A stretch of DNA of 64,000 nucleotides from Macrostomum lignano (taxonomy: Eukaryota). Where the stretch lies: positions 186,001 to 250,000 of the forward strand of contig NIVC01001180.1 of NCBI GenBank assembly GCA_002269645.1. Reading direction: 5' to 3'. The notes under the pieces were generated by a model. That model did not search any database. It had not been told where the DNA came from and saw only the letters and a program-made list of their open reading frames with translations. Below are positions 24,940 to 39,420 of the stretch, piece after piece (position 1 is the stretch's first letter; the number at the start of each line of letters is the position of its first letter). Both the position numbers and the translations under genes were made by a program.

Positions 24940-26350
24940 TCTAAGTCTCTAATCATCTAATAAATCAATTCTCTATTTAGCTAATCCTTTAATCATTCAA
25001 TTCTGTAATTATCTAATCTTCTAATCCTCTAATCCTCTTATCATCCATCTAATTCTCTAATTCTCTAATTCTCCAATCATCCAATCCTCTAATTATCTAA
25101 TCCTCTAATTCTCCTATTCTCTAATTCTCTAATCCTCTAATCATCCAATCCTCTAATTATCTGATCTCAAATCCTCGATTCCTCTAATTATCTAATCCTC
25201 TAATTCTCCGATTCTCTAATTATCTAATCCTCTAATCATCCAACCCTCTAATTATCTAATCCTCGAATCCTCGATTCCTCTAATTATCTAATCCTCTCAT
25301 TCTCCGATTCTCTAGTTATCTAATCCTCTAATCATCCAATACTCTAATTATCTAATCCTCGAATCCTCTAATTATCTAATCCTCTCATTCTCCGATTCTC
25401 TAATTATCTAATCCTCTAATCATACAATCTTCTAATTATCTAATCCTCGAATCCTCGAATCCTCTAATTATCTAATCCTCTCATTCTCCGATTCTCTAAT
25501 TATCTAATCCTCTAATCATCCAATCCTCTAATTATCTAATCCTCTAATTCTCCGATTCTCTAATTCTCTAATCCTCTAATCATCCAATCCTCTAATTATC
25601 TAATCCTCGAATCCTCTAATTATCTAATTCTCTAATTCTCCGATTCTCTAATTCTCTAATCCTCTAATCATCCAATCCTCTAATTATCTAATCCTCGAAT
25701 CCTCGAATCCTCTAATTATCTAATCCTCTAATTCTCCGATTCTCTAATTATCTAATCCTCTAATCAAACAATCCTCTAATTATCTAATCCTCGAATCCTC
25801 GAATCCTCTAATTATCTAAGCCTCTCATTCTCCGATTCTCTAGTTATCTAATCCTCTAATCATCCAATCCTCTAATTATCTAATCCTCGAATCCTCGAAT
25901 CCTCTAATTATCTAAGCCTCTCATTCTCCGATTCTCTAGTTATCTAATCCTCTAATCATCCAATCCTCTAATTATCTAATCCTCGAATCCTCGAATCCTC
26001 TAATTATCTAATCCTCTAATTCTCCGATTCTCTAATTATCTAATCCTCTAATCATACAATCCTCTAATTATCTAATCCTCGAATCCTCGAATCCTCTAAT
26101 TATCTAATCCTCTCATTCTCCGATTCTCTAGTTATCTAATCCTCTAATCATCCAATCCTCTAATTATCTAATCCTCGAATCCTCTAATTATCTAATCCTC
26201 TAATCATCCAATTCCATAATAATCTAATCCCTTAATCATCCAATCCTCTAATTATCCAATCCTCTAATCGTCCATCTAATCATCTAATTCTCTAATCAGC
26301 CGATTCTCTAATCATCTAATTATCTAGTTATCTAATCCTCTAATCCTAAA
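24940..26350. repeat. 8-bp-based compound satellite (CTAATCCT/CTAATTAT/CGAATCCT/CGATTCT)
   Basis: Direct reading; higher-order units are built from 8-mers. Confidence 0.93.
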
Positions 26351-26721
26351 CTAACCGACAACTCTAACTATCCAACTCTGATGCCAATAGCGAGACCTTG
26401 CTCTCACCCTCAAAACAAGCCTGTTGACTTTCTCCGACCCGGTCCGTTCGTGACGAGATGCAGGCCAGCTGCCATCATCTCAGCTTCATTAATTAAGCCC
26501 AACCTCAAACCGGTGCACTCCAAGACGCCAGCCGGATCTTCGAATCCCCTCCCTCAAAGTTCCGCTAATCAGCGAAAATTCACTTTGGCATTGCGGCATG
26601 GATCGGGCTGAGGAAGGCGGCTTCTCCGGGAGGCCCTGGCTTCGGCACGCTCTCGGCAAAAATACTCAAAATCATCATCAACTTTATTGCTGCTAAGCCT
26701 GAGAGGAACCTTAGCATCCCT

Positions 26722-27127
26722 AGAATCAGACACGGACACCCATCTGACTCCACCTGAATCAGACACGGACACCCATCTGACTCCACCTGAATCAGACACG
26801 GACACCCATCTGACTCCACCTGAATCAGACACGGACACCCATCTGACTCCACCTGAATCAGACACGGACACCCATCTGACTCCACCTGAATCAGACACGG
26901 ACACCCATCTGACTCCACCTGAATCAGACACGGACACCCATCTGACTCCACCTGAATCAGACACGGACACCCATCGGACTCCACCTGAATCAGACACGGA
27001 CACCCATCTGACTCCACCTGAATCAGACACGGACACCCATCTGACTCCACCTGAATCAGACACGGACACCCATCGGACTCCACCTGAATCAGACACAGAC
27101 ACCCATCGGACTGAATCTGAATCAGAC
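26722..27127. repeat. 33-bp minisatellite, about 12 copies
   Basis: GAATCAGACACGGACACCCATCTGACTCCACCT tandem. Confidence 0.95.
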
Positions 27128-27874
27128 GCAGAAACTCTGCTTTCATGAAATATTTTACAGGCCAGTCGCAGCTCCAACTGGGCGGCTGCGAAGGTGGAGT
27201 TTTCAGTAAATAAAGCTTTCCCCAAACATAAAGTGCTTGATCTTCGGTCAAAGCACTCCCTGCAAGGCTCCTCCATCTCTGTTTGCTAAGCCTCTCCCGC
27301 AGCATCTGATTCAGAGAAAGCAGAAGCCACAGGTAGCTCTTATTTGTCAAGAAGCAATTCAAAAAAAGAATGAAAATGCGAAGGAGTACAAAAATCGAAA
27401 TTTGCTTTCACCCCAGTCTGCCCCTGGAACGCCACCCGGTGCCTCATCTCAGGCTAATAATCCCCTCAGGCTTAGGTCCCCATCTAATCTGACTTTCCCC
27501 CGAAGCCTATTCACCTGATTAGCCGGGGCACGGCTCAAGTATATTATAATAAAGTCTAGTCTTAGTCTGTTCTGCCGGGGCCAGCCTCTTTGCTCTGCTC
27601 CTCGGCCTGACTGACCCGCATTTATCCCTTCTCAATCTTCCCACAGGCCAAGAGAAAATCCCACAAACCCTCACTGTCCTCGTGTGCCATTAGGACGATC
27701 TCTTAACCACGGCCAGCAACTTTAATTACTTCTTGGCTGCTGCATCTCTCTACCCCCTCACAGTGCCACTCATCCTCAAACTGACTCTCGCCGTCCGTCA
27801 TCTTCTTGTCCTCTTTTTATGGCAGCAGAAATCCTGGGGCTTTTCTGCCAGAGTTTGTTCGGTGTCTCAGTTCT

Positions 27875-28476
27875 GTCTGGAGTATCCCAGTGTTTATCGC
27901 ACTGTCTCACTGGAGTATCCCAGTGTTTATCGCACTGTCTCACTGGAGTATCCCAGAGTTTATCTTACTGTCTCACTGGAGTATCCCAGTGTTTATCTCA
28001 CTGTCTCACTGGAGTATCCCAGTGTTTATCGCACTGTATCACTGGAGTATCCCAGTGTTTATCTCACTGTCTCACTGGAGTATCCCAGTGTTTATCTCAC
28101 TGTCTCACTGGAGTATCCCAGTGTTTATCACACTGTCTCACTGGAGTATCCCAGTGTTTATCTCACTGTCTCACTGGAGTATCCCAGTGTTTATCTCACT
28201 GTCTCACTGGAGTATCCCAGTGTTTATCTCACTGTCTCACTGGAGTATCCCAGTGTTTATCTCACTGTCTCACTGGAGTATCCCAGTGTTGATCTCACTG
28301 TCTCACTGGAGTATCCCAGTGTTGATCTCACTGTCTCACTGGAGTATCCCAGTGTTGATCTCACTGTCTCACTGGAGTATCCCAGTGTTGATCTCACTGT
28401 CTCACTGGAGTATCCCAGTGTTGATCTCACTGTCTCACTGGAGTATCCCAGTGTTTATCTCACTGTCTCACTGGAG
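27875..28476. repeat. 33-bp minisatellite, about 18 copies
   Basis: CTGGAGTATCCCAGTGTTTATCTCACTGTCTCA tandem. Confidence 0.95.
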
Positions 28477-29219
28477 TGCAGCTAACAGTTAAGCAAGTTT
28501 ACAAAGGATATTGCTGATCACTACAGCATGCAGCGCAGCGCACACTTGGACAATTTTCTCAAGTTGCCTGTGATTTCTCTTCTCTCTTCTTTTCTCCACC
28601 TCGCCGTTCAGTCAAGCTTTTAAAGTCCTCTCATACTTGCAAAAACTGATGCGGAAGTGACTGCCTCCCTCAGCCTCTCCAGCTCCGTCAGCATCGACCT
28701 GCGGAGATCTCGGTTCCAGCCTCCGACTCCCCCATCCCTATTCATCCGCGCTTCATCTCATTTTCTATTCTCGGCCCCTATCCAAAACCTTGCAGTTCGT
28801 CTCCGGTCAACTGGCGGTCAGCAATGATAATTACAGCTTTTTCAGGAAGAAGAAAGAAGATCTTGCAGTAAGAATACTGGCGATACATCCTCTTTCACAA
28901 ACCCCAACCTTCACAAACCATAATCTTCACAAACCCAAATCTTCACAAACCCTAATCTTCATAAACAATAATCTTCACAAACCCAAATCTTCACACAGGA
29001 TTTCCAACACTTTGTGAAGACTGAATAATTCGATATCTCTCTCCCATTGGACTGCGTTATCTACTCATACATGTATCTTTAGCCCTTGCCTGTATCTGTA
29101 TCTGCTTATCTGCTTTCTGCCTCGTAAACTTTTTGCCTCTATTTCCTCTCTGATTTGGCATCGAATCCTGCTGGCCTTATCAGCCTGTGCGCTGCCTTAC
29201 TTTCTTTTTATAAACTGGC

Positions 29220-29520
29220 TCTCCTCACTCTCTCTCACTCTCACCCTCTCTCTCACTCTCACCCTCTCTCTCACTCCCACCCTCTCTCACTCTCACCCTC
29301 TCTCACTCTCACCCTCTCTCACTCCCACCCTCTCTCACTCTCACCCTCTCTCACTCTCACCCTCTCTCATTCCCACCGTCTCTCACTCTCACCCTCTCTC
29401 ACTCTCACCCTCTCTCACTCTCACCCTCTCTCACTCTCAGCCTCTCTCACTCCCACCCTTTCCGTTTCCCACCGTCTCTCACTCTCACCCTCTCTCACTC
29501 CCACCCTCTCACTCTCACCA
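29220..29520. repeat. Pyrimidine-rich CTCTCACTCTCACC satellite
   Basis: Direct reading. Confidence 0.9.
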
Positions 29521-30203
29521 TGTTTCTCGTACTCCTTCCCTCGCTCTTAAATTCCCTCTACAATCCCTTAGTCTCTCCCCTTCATCCTCTGTCTAATCCC
29601 AATCTACCATGTTTCTCACACTTGGCAGGCTCGTTCTGCTTCCTCTCTCTTTACCTCTTCATTCACCAGGCCCATTTTCTCCTCTCTCACTTTATCTGCT
29701 GCCTTTGTCAGGGCACACCGCGACTGGGAATGACTGCTCCAAACCGACTCTCCACAGCACACGACAGAGTCCAACCGCCCAAGTGCACTCTATTATGCAA
29801 CACAAGCCAGGCCCACGCAGCCCAGCGGCTATGTTAAAGTTGATGACTTGCTGCTGTGTTTTATGTATTACCAATTTATCCCCTCCCCGCCAAAGGCAGC
29901 GGCAGAAGGCGAGGCTGTTTTAGGGGAAACAACAAAAAGTATCTCACAGTGCAGCTCGCCTGGAAAAAAAGAAGCGATCTGCACATCACGTGACACGGCA
30001 CACTCAGCAGCATTGATTTCTCCTTACTACCGCATCGTGCAGACAGCCCTCCCACATCACTCATCGCGCCTCCATCTTTATAGTGTGCAGCACAAGGGTC
30101 TATTAGCCACCATGCTCGTATACTGCATGCTTGTACGAAATGGAGAATACTAAATAAAAGAGACATCCAAGCTGGATGAATGACATGTGCTCAACTGCTG
30201 CCA

Positions 30204-30875
30204 GGGGCGCCCACCTAGGAGACAGGGGCGCCCACCTAGGAGACAGGGGCGCCCACCTAGGAGACAGGGGCGCCCACCTAGGAGACAGGGGCGCCCACCT
30301 AGGATACAGAGGCGCCCACCTAGGAGACAGGGGCGCCCACCCCAACTACGAGACAGGGGCGCCCATCAAGAGACAGCGACGCCCACCAAGAGACAGGGGC
30401 GCCCACCCCCACCTAGGAGACAGGGCGCCCACCCCCACCTACGAGACAGGGGCGCCCACCCCCACCTACGAGACAGGGCGCCCAGCCCCACCTACGAGAC
30501 ATGGGCGCCCATCAAGAGACAGGGGCGCCCTGCCCCACCTACGAGACAGGGGCGCCCACCCCCACCTACGAGACAAGGGCGCCCACCCCCACCTACGAGA
30601 CAGGGGCGCCCTGCCCCACCAAGAGACAAGGGCGCCCACCCCCACCTACGAGACAGGGGCGCCCTGCCCCACCAAGAGACAAGGGCGCCCACCCCCACCT
30701 ACGAGACAGGGGCGCCCTGCCCCACCAAGAGACAGGGGCGCCCTGCCCCACCAAGAGACAGGGGCGCCCACCCCCAACTTCGAGACAGGAGCGCCCACCC
30801 CCACCTAGGAGACAGGGGCGCCCACCCCCACTAAGAGACAGGGGCGCCCTGCCCCACCAAGAGACAGGGGCGCTC
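30204..30875. repeat. GC-rich 21-bp minisatellite (GACAGGGGCGCCCACCTAGGA) with longer derived units
   Basis: Direct reading. Confidence 0.93.
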
Positions 30876-31589
30876 ATCAAAATACAAACACCACTGACAG
30901 CGGCCCCGACTTTCTTTTTCATTCTCACGCAATGTACACTCTCTCAGCTCTCTGCGCCTCAAGGTTCAGCCATAGTGGATGGACTTGGTTACCACTGAGC
31001 TGCCTTGCCCCCAAAATTCGGGCCAAGTTTATACCTACGAGTACCTGTCTTCCAATAGCTATGCCATACAATAGCGTATCACTCGGATGCATAAATAATA
31101 ACCTTCATCCCGGTGATGGCTGGCAGCAGCTTGCGGCGAAAAGGGGAACAGAAAGAAACAGTTGAGGGAGGCGGGATATGCAGTGCGCCGAGGGCAGGCC
31201 GCTAGGGAAAATCTCCCCCCCCCCCCCCAAATCCTCTCGCGGTTCTCCCTCGGCCCGTATCCCAGTTCGTTCTGATTGATTGCTTTATAGTTTGGCTTTC
31301 TGCTTCTGTGTGTTTATTGCGGCTGCCTTCCCACCACCCCCCCCCCCAGCCACCGGTTCAAGTCATCTGGACAGATTTCACCTCCCTTAGCTTCGCGTAT
31401 CTGCGTCCGCATCTGCTTCTAAAAGCAGGCCAGGGTAGGCTAAGACAGCATTTCTGTTTATGCGCTATAGTGGGGGGGGGGCGCAGGGCAACAGAAAAGT
31501 TTTGCGAGTCGCCTTTGGTTGTGCCTGACTTTGGTATTGACTTGCCTGCCGAATCTTTTCAGTGTGGGGCTTTATTGGCCTCTTTTATC

Positions 31590-33840
31590 AGATTATCATC
31601 CGCTCTCTACCCGATTCTCATCCGCTCTCTACTGATTATCATCCGCTCTCTACCGATTCTCATCCGCTCTCTACTGATTATCATCCGCTCTCTACCGATT
31701 CTCATCCGCTCTCTACTGATTATCATCCGCTCTCTACCGATTCTCATCCGCTCTCTACTGATTATCACCCGCTCTCTACTGATTCTCATCCGCTCTCTAC
31801 TGATTATCATCCGCTCTCTACTGATTCTCATCCGCTCTCTACTGATTATCATCCGCTCTCTACTGATTATCACCCGCTCTCTACTGATTATCATCCGCTC
31901 TCTACTGATTATCACCCGATCTCTACCGATTCTCATCCGCTCTCTACTGATTATCATCCGCTCTCTACCCGATTCTCATCCGCTCTCTACTGATTCTCAT
32001 CCGCTCTCTACTGATTCTCATCCGCTCTCTACTGATTATCATCCGCTCTCTACTGATTCTCATCCGCTCTCTACTGATTATCACCCGCTCTCTACTGATT
32101 ATCATCCGCTCTCTACCGATTCTCATCCGCTCTCTACTGATTATCATCCGCTCTCTACTGATTCTCATCCGCTCTCTACTGATTATCATCCGCTCTCTAC
32201 TGATTATCACCCGATCTCTACCGATTCTTATCCGCTCTCTACTGATTATCATCCGCTCTCTACCGATTCTCATCCGATCTCTACTGATTATCATCCGCTC
32301 TCTACTGATTATCATCCGCTCTCTACTGATTATCACCCGATCTCTACCGATTCTCATCCGCTCTCTACCGATTCTCATCCGATTTCAACCGATTCTCATC
32401 CGATTTCAACCGATTCTCATCCGCTCTCTACCGATTCTCATCCGCTCTCTACTGATTATCATCCGCTCTCTACTGATTATCATCCGTTCTCTACTGATTA
32501 TCACCCGATCTCTATCGATTCTTATCCGCTCTCTACTGATTATCATCCGCTCTCTACCCGATTCTCATCCGCTCTCTACTGATTATCATCCGCTCTCTAC
32601 TGATTATCATCCGCTCTCTACTGATTATCACCCGATCTCTACCGATTCTCATCCGCTCTCTACCGATTCTCATCCGATTTCAACCGATTCTCATCCGATT
32701 TCAACCGATTCTCATCCGCTCTCTACCGATTCTCATCCGCTCTCTACTGATTATCATCCGCTCTCTACTGATTATCATCCGTTCTCTACTGATTATCATC
32801 CGATCTCTACCGATTATCACCCGCTCTCTACTGATTATCATCCGCTCTCTACTGATTATCATCCACTCTCTACTGATTATCATCCGCTCTCTACCGATTC
32901 TCATCCGATCTCTACTGATTATCATCCGCTCTCTACTGATTATCATCCGCTCTCTACTGATTCTCATCCGATCTCTACCGATTCTCATCCACTCTCTACT
33001 GATTATCATCCGCTCTCTACTGATTATCATCCGCTCTCTACTGATTATCATCCGCTCTCTACTGATTATCATCCGCTCTCTACTGATTATCATCCACTCT
33101 CTACTGATTCCCATCCGCTCTCTACCGATTCTCATCCGATCTCTACCGATTATCACCCGCTCTCTACTGATTATCATCCGCTCTCTACTGATTCTTATCC
33201 GCTCTCTACTGATTATCATCCGTTCTCTACTGATTATCATCCGATCTCTACCGATTATCACCTGCTCTCTACTGATTATCATCCGCTCTCTACTGATTAT
33301 CATCCACTCTCTACTGATTATCATCCGCTCTCTACTGATTATCATCCGCTCTCTACCCGATTCTCATCCGCTCTCTACTGATTCTCATCCGATCTCTACC
33401 GATTCTCATCCACTCTCTACTGATTATCATCCGCTCTCTACTGATTATCATCCGCTCTCTACTGATTATCACCCGCTTTCTACCGATTCTCATCCGCTCT
33501 CTACCGATTCTCATCCGATCTCTACCGATTCTCATCCACTCTCTACTGATTATCATCCGCTCTCTACTGATTATCATCCGCTCTCTACTGATTCTCATCC
33601 GATCTCTACCGATTCTCATCCACTCTCTACTGATTATCATCCGCTCTCTACTGATTATCATCCGCTCTCTACTGATTATCACCCGCTTTCTACCGATTCT
33701 CATCCGCTCTCTACCGATTCTCATCCGATCTCTACCGATTCTCATCCACTCTCTACTGATTATCATCCGCTCTCTACTGATTATCATCCGCTCTCTACTG
33801 ATTATCATCCGCTGTCTACTAATAGTCATCCGCTGTCTAC
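31590..33840. repeat. 21-bp minisatellite (CCGCTCTCTACTGATTATCAT), about 100 copies
   Basis: Direct reading; accounts for ORFs such as 31308..32582. Confidence 0.96.
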
Positions 33841-34351
33841 CGATATAGCAGACACAGGCAGCTAAAGAAAGTCGCTACAGTAAATGACAGCGTACGTAGC
33901 GACTGGCAGGTCCTACTGCACACGAGACGATCCCGAGAGAGTATTTCTAACTAAGCCACGCAGGATTCTGGCTGATGAAGCCGCGGTTCATTCAGGCGAG
34001 TTAATAATTGATCGCAGCCTAATCGGAAGCTGAGGCAAAATTGTTTTATGGCTTCCCCCGCTGCGACCCGGTCGCTCGGATGGGCTTTTCTCATACTTAT
34101 AATAACTACCACACTACAGCGCATTCTACGTATTGCTATTAGACTGTGAAAAAATCAGATGAAATACCGATTCATGTCTCAGGCCGAACCCCTGCACAAT
34201 GCTGGATCGTGATGTACAGTTATGCTCGTACCAAACCCTATTTTGAAGAAATGAGCATGCAGACTTGGCACATCGACTCGGCGACTCCGACTCTCAGCAT
34301 TTCAATCTTCATTATCATCTGACACCCTCGACTGCTTCTTGTCATCTCATT

Positions 34352-34750
<399 letters not shown>

Positions 34751-35689
34751 CCGCGGCTTGTTCTGTGTATCTCTTCCAAAATTGCAGTAAACACCAGCTA
34801 TTATAATATTGTTCGGCAACGCTGTTTTACGAGTATCAAAGATGCAGCGACCGTAAAAATTCTAAAAGAACTGCCCTTATTGCTTTGTTTTTTTGCTTTG
34901 AAACGAAAATAGCAGGTGAAACTTGAGTCGCTGCTCAAAGATAGTGCGATAGAGGCTCACAGACGTGGCTGTTTGACCTTAGGAGAAGTTCGTCTTTAAC
35001 ATTTGTTAACCTATTTAAATAAATTAAACTCTGCGACTACGCTACTGATAGTAGCGAGTATAAAATTGTGCAAGCTTTAAACATGAAGAAAAAGACAGAG
35101 CGATCCTGAGTTTCTTATCGTCAGGCATGTTTGTACACTCCCTGTGCCTTGGGAGATCGTGTAAATTTTTGGTCAATTTCCTGAGAAAATACACTGCAGA
35201 AATAGGAAATATTAATTTTTGTCACAAAATCAATGGCCGTATTTGATCTGGGGAGTGAAGATTTTCATTCCTTTAATTTAGCATGCACAGCATGTTACTC
35301 AGCTGTACTTTATATAGTTGTGCAGTGAAAGTTTCATTTTCATATTGTTTTCCTTTTAGTTCATAAGCCCCAAGCCAAAGTTGTAAATCCTCACAAGGGA
35401 AATATTTGTTTTGTTGTTTCTTAAATCAAGCAGATTAGTAATAAGATTGTTGCATTCAGGTACTCTTTTCCATTTAAATGCATATTAGTAGCTATATTCC
35501 TAGACTTGTTTAAATAATTAAATGAAAGATTAAGAGTTGCGCAATACGTATGCTACTAAGCTTCTATCGATTCAGTAGTATATAATACCGAATATACACA
35601 TATATATTTACCAACTGGTTGCACGACATCCAGTAAACCGCCATGTACATTGCCAGTGCATGTACACTAAGTTAACCGCTAGAGTAATA

Positions 35690-36003
35690 ACTGCCCTTCA
35701 GAACAGACAACAGCTGTCATTCACTTTACCTACTACTGATACAGCTCAGCCACTGCTATTGCGCGGCGCATCTGAAGGCTGCGTACGGCTGTTCAGTCCA
35801 AGGACTGGGGGGGGGGAGGGTCGCCACACACACCCTCAATTACCCCAGCTAATGCTGGCACCCATTTTACAGCTGGGTGAACTGAAGCAATGCAGAGTTA
35901 AGTGTCTTGCTCAAGGACACAAATTGTTCTGAGTGGGTCGAGAATCGAACCCCCGACCTTCAAGTCGTGAGTCCAACGCTCTGACCACTAGGCTACCACC
36001 CCT
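35690..36003 (-). mobile_element. tRNA-derived SINE with a CORE/Meta-like central domain
   Basis: Minus strand: A-box TAGCCTAGTGGT (35995-35984), B-box GGTTCGATTCTC (35951-35940), then TGTCCTTGAGCAAGACACTTAAC..CACCCAGCTGTAAAATGGG, similar to the CORE consensus CCTTGGGCAAGTCACTTAAC..CTGTAAAATGGG. The 3' boundary is approximate. Confidence 0.75.
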
Positions 36004-36155
36004 TACTACAAAATTCTGACCAAACACAGATCAAAGCGAATATACGTACTAAGCGCACCAGCCTCTTAAATAACTGCATAACTACTTACATGCGCAAGTA
36101 GTAGAAATAGCGTTTTATTACCGATATTTTTCGAAACCAAAAAAACCAGCGCCAA

Positions 36156-38553
36156 TCAATGAACAGGCGGCGGCTCCGGCGGCGGCGGCTGCATTCGGAT
36201 TGGAAGCGCCAGGCGGGAGTGCGCGAGCCGGCGGCACAGCGGGCACAGATCCGAAGGCAGCCGGGCGGCGCAGTCGGCGCAGACGCAAGCGTGCCGACAG
36301 GGCAGCAGCAGGATGCTGGCCGGAGCCGACTGGCAGACAACGCAGCTGCCGTCAGCATCCGACGATGATGGCGAAGATGAAGAATCAGCCGTGCTGAAGT
36401 ACGGCCGCAGCTCCAACACGTGCGGCTGCCACGCCGCGCACTCCTCCAGCTCTGGCGGCCAGCGCAAGAAGAACCTGCGCATGATCTGACTGGCCGGCTG
36501 CTCCGGCAACAGGCGCACGTGGAGCACCGCGGCCAGGCAGCACCGGAAGCTGCGATGCCGATGTCTTCCGGCGGTAGCCTCCGCGCTTCCGGCCCCAGAT
36601 TCGCTGTCGTCAGCGTCACTTCCGGTTGAGGCTTCGCTTCCAGTGAAAGTGTACGAGCCGAATGCGAATGCGACCAGAGGGTAGGACTGAGGCGAGTAGG
36701 ACAGGCCCGCGCTGGCGTTCGGCAGTCGGGCCGCGACCACACCACTGGATGACTCGCTGCGGTGGATGTGCCAGGCAGTGAGTCAGTGAGTCAAAGAGTC
36801 ATAGAATCATAGAATCATAGAGTCAAAGAGTCATAGAATCATAGAGACATAGATAGAATCAGAGAGTCATACAATCATAGAGTCATAGAATCAGAGAGTC
36901 ATAGAATCAGAGAGTCAGAGTCATAGAGTCATATAGTCATAGAATCAGAGAGTCATAAAATTATAGAGTCATAGAATCAGAGAGACATAGAATCAGAGAG
37001 TCATAGAATCAGAGAGTCATAGAGTCATAGAATCAGAGAGTCATAGAGTCATAGAATCAGAGAGTCATAGAATCAGAGAGTCATAGAGTCATAGAATCGG
37101 AGAGTCATAGAGTCAAAGAGTCATAGAGTTATAGAGTCATAGAGTCAGAGTCATAGATAGAATCAGAGAGTCATAGAGTCATAGAATCAGAGAGTCATAT
37201 AGTCATAGAGTCATAGAATCAGAGAGTCATATAGTCATAGAGTCATAGAATCAGAGAGTCATATAGTCATAGAGTCATAGAATCAGAGAGTCATATAGTC
37301 ATAGAGTCATAGAATCAGAGAGTCATATAGTCATAGAGTCATAGAATCAGAGAGTCATATAGTCATAGAGTCATAGAGTCATAGAGCCCTAGAGTCGTGA
37401 CTCAGTCAGGCAGTCAGTCAGTCAGTCAGTCAGTCAGTCAGTCAGTCAGGCAGTCAGTCAGTCAGTCAGTCAGTCAGGCAGTCAGTCAGGCAGTCAGTCA
37501 GTCAGTCAGTCAGGCAGTCAGTCAGTCAGTCAGTCAGTCAGTCAGTCAGGCAGTCAGGCAGTCAGTCAGTCAGTCACCCACCTCCAGTCGAGAGCAGCAA
37601 CCCGGGAGTCCGTCAGGAAGGCTGGCCAGTTACCCAGACAGTCGGTGTAAAACTCGGCAACACCGACAGAGCGCAGGACGCCAATCCGGTCGATTTGCAC
37701 GTCGCTCAGGCCGCTGTCGGGTGCCAGATTGTAGACGCAGGTAAACTCTAAGGTGTCCTCTGTAAGAAGGCGACGGCGATAAATAAAGTGACTAAATAAG
37801 CTGCACAAGAAAGTGATGCAGGGTCAAGCGTACCGCCGGGCAGCTGGGCCATCTCCATTGTCCAGGGCAGGCTGAGCGACTCCGACTGAATGCTGGCATT
37901 GAACAGCTGCTCCCGGCGATTCTCGTTTGATGTCGCCGCCAACCAGTCGTTGTCGTTGAGACTGGGGTTGGAATTCATCAGGGAGAACGGGTTGTAACTC
38001 GAGATTTAAGTTCAACCCAGAGCTGGTATCTCAGAGATTTGGTATCTCAACCGAAAGATTTAGTATCTCAACCCAGAGATTTAGTATCTCAACCCAGAGA
38101 TTTAGTATCTCAACCCAGAGATTTGGTATCTCAATCCAGAAATTTGGCATCTCAACCCTGAGATTTAGTATCTCAACCGAAAGATTTAGTATCTCAACCC
38201 AGAGATTTGGTATCTGATATTTGATATCTCAACCCAGAGATTTGGTATCTCAACCCAGAGATTTGGCATCTCAACCCAGAGATTGTATCTCAATCCAGAA
38301 ATTTGATATCTCAACCCAGAGATTTGATATCTCAACCCAGAGATTTGGCATCTTAATCCAAAAATTTGGTATCTGAACCCAGAGTTTGGCATCTCAACCA
38401 AGAGATTTGGTATCTCAACCCAAAGGTTACATATCTTAACCAAGAATTGTTTGACTATTACTTTGCTTACCTAGCCAAATAATTCCAGACTCTCCATACC
38501 AGACTCCACAGGTGAGCGAGCAGGCGCCTGACCAGCGCCACCGGACCCGCCAT
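36156..38553 (-). CDS. CGRRF1: CGRRF1-like RING E3 ligase, complement(join(36156..36756,37582..37759,37834..37961,38471..38553)), 329 aa
   Basis: C-terminal RING CVVCQSAPASILLLPCRHACVCADC..CPLCR; YPLVAFAF, LAAVLHV and LELRPYF parallel CGRRF1 YPLVALL, MVSVIHI and HDLKQLF; hydrophobic N-terminus. Four exons with GT/AG and phases 2,1,2 total 990 nt; AATAAA at 36119-36114. Confidence 0.8.
36795..37576. repeat. 8-bp-based AGAGTCAT/AGAATCAG satellite plus (CAGT)n, in CGRRF1 intron 3
   Basis: Direct reading. Confidence 0.93.
38030..38430. repeat. 21-bp minisatellite (GTATCTCAACCCAGAGATTTG) in CGRRF1 intron 1
   Basis: Direct reading. Confidence 0.9.
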
Positions 38554-38684
38554 AGCAAGTTATTCGATTTCTTCAATTAGACGCGCTGAAAGTTCATTGC
38601 AACTTGGAAAATTGTCTTCTGAATGGCTTGACTCAACATTGATGCTTCACGATATAATGGGAGACTTGGCGAGTTCTATCCGTC

Positions 38685-38686
38685 AG

Positions 38687-38723
<37 letters not shown>

Positions 38724-38766
38724 TCTATCTATCTATCAGCTATCTATCTATCTATCTATCTATCAG

Positions 38767-38801
<35 letters not shown>

Positions 38802-39138
38802 CCTATCTATCTAGCGGTTACGAAAATTAGATTTCTCGGTAGTTGCACGTACTCTTTTGCACTACTTGAGTAGTCTGATTTTCGTTCGGCATGGCTGGTT
38901 CCAGCAGGTAGTTCCTCTGGATAAAAGCGCTTACCGCGCCCATTGGCTTTCCAGCTGCCTTAATCGTTTCCGGTGATCTTTTGTGCGTGCTTTCAGCTTG
39001 ATTGGCTGCGGCAATCAATAGATCGCTTCGCTCGCTCTTTCTCGCTATCTACTATCTATCTATCTATCTACCTATCTACCTATCTATCTATCTATCTATC
39101 TATCAGCTATCTATCTATCAGCTATCTATCTATCTATC
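38685..39138. repeat. Two (ATCA)n/(CTAT)n microsatellite blocks (38685-38812, 39050-39138) flanking a unique island
   Basis: Direct reading. Confidence 0.9.
38930..39012 (-). promoter_or_regulatory. Candidate promoter or 5'UTR island for CGRRF1 (two CCAAT boxes and a splice donor-like site)
   Basis: Minus strand GCAGCCAATC (about 39010-39001) and AGCCAATG (about 38948-38941), followed by GCGCG|GTAAGC; acceptor-like ACTTTCAG about 35 nt upstream of the CGRRF1 ATG. Confidence 0.35.
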
Positions 39139-39420
39139 CAGCCGTTTTTACTACTACAAACTTTTTCCAAGAAATCAAATTCTAAAGAAGCTGAAAGTGC
39201 TCAAGTGCCATAACAATAAAAAGTGCTCCGGTATATTTGTTTTGTTCTCAGCGAAAAACGATCGTTCCGACATGGACCATTGAACTGAACATCTGGACTG
39301 GAAAAGTCGTACACTCAGCTACGCTCGTATAATGTACTAAGCAAATGGAAAACAAGGGTACAATAAAGCTTTCCAGTCCAGACGTGGATTCAAGGGTCCG
39401 CGGCTCCGATCGCCGTTCAA

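Noticed and set aside
35930-36002. tRNA gene
   Set aside because: A and B boxes are present but the sequence continues into a SINE core, with no clean acceptor stem or T-run terminator.
37962-37998. 5' extension of CGRRF1 exon 2 (YNPFSLMNSNP)
   Set aside because: It would need a GAG acceptor; the canonical CCCCAG at 37962 has the right phase and gives the expected protein length.
38827-39018. Extra coding exon or ORF (63 aa)
   Set aside because: No donor precedes the upstream gene's stop to link it; CCAAT boxes make a regulatory role more plausible.
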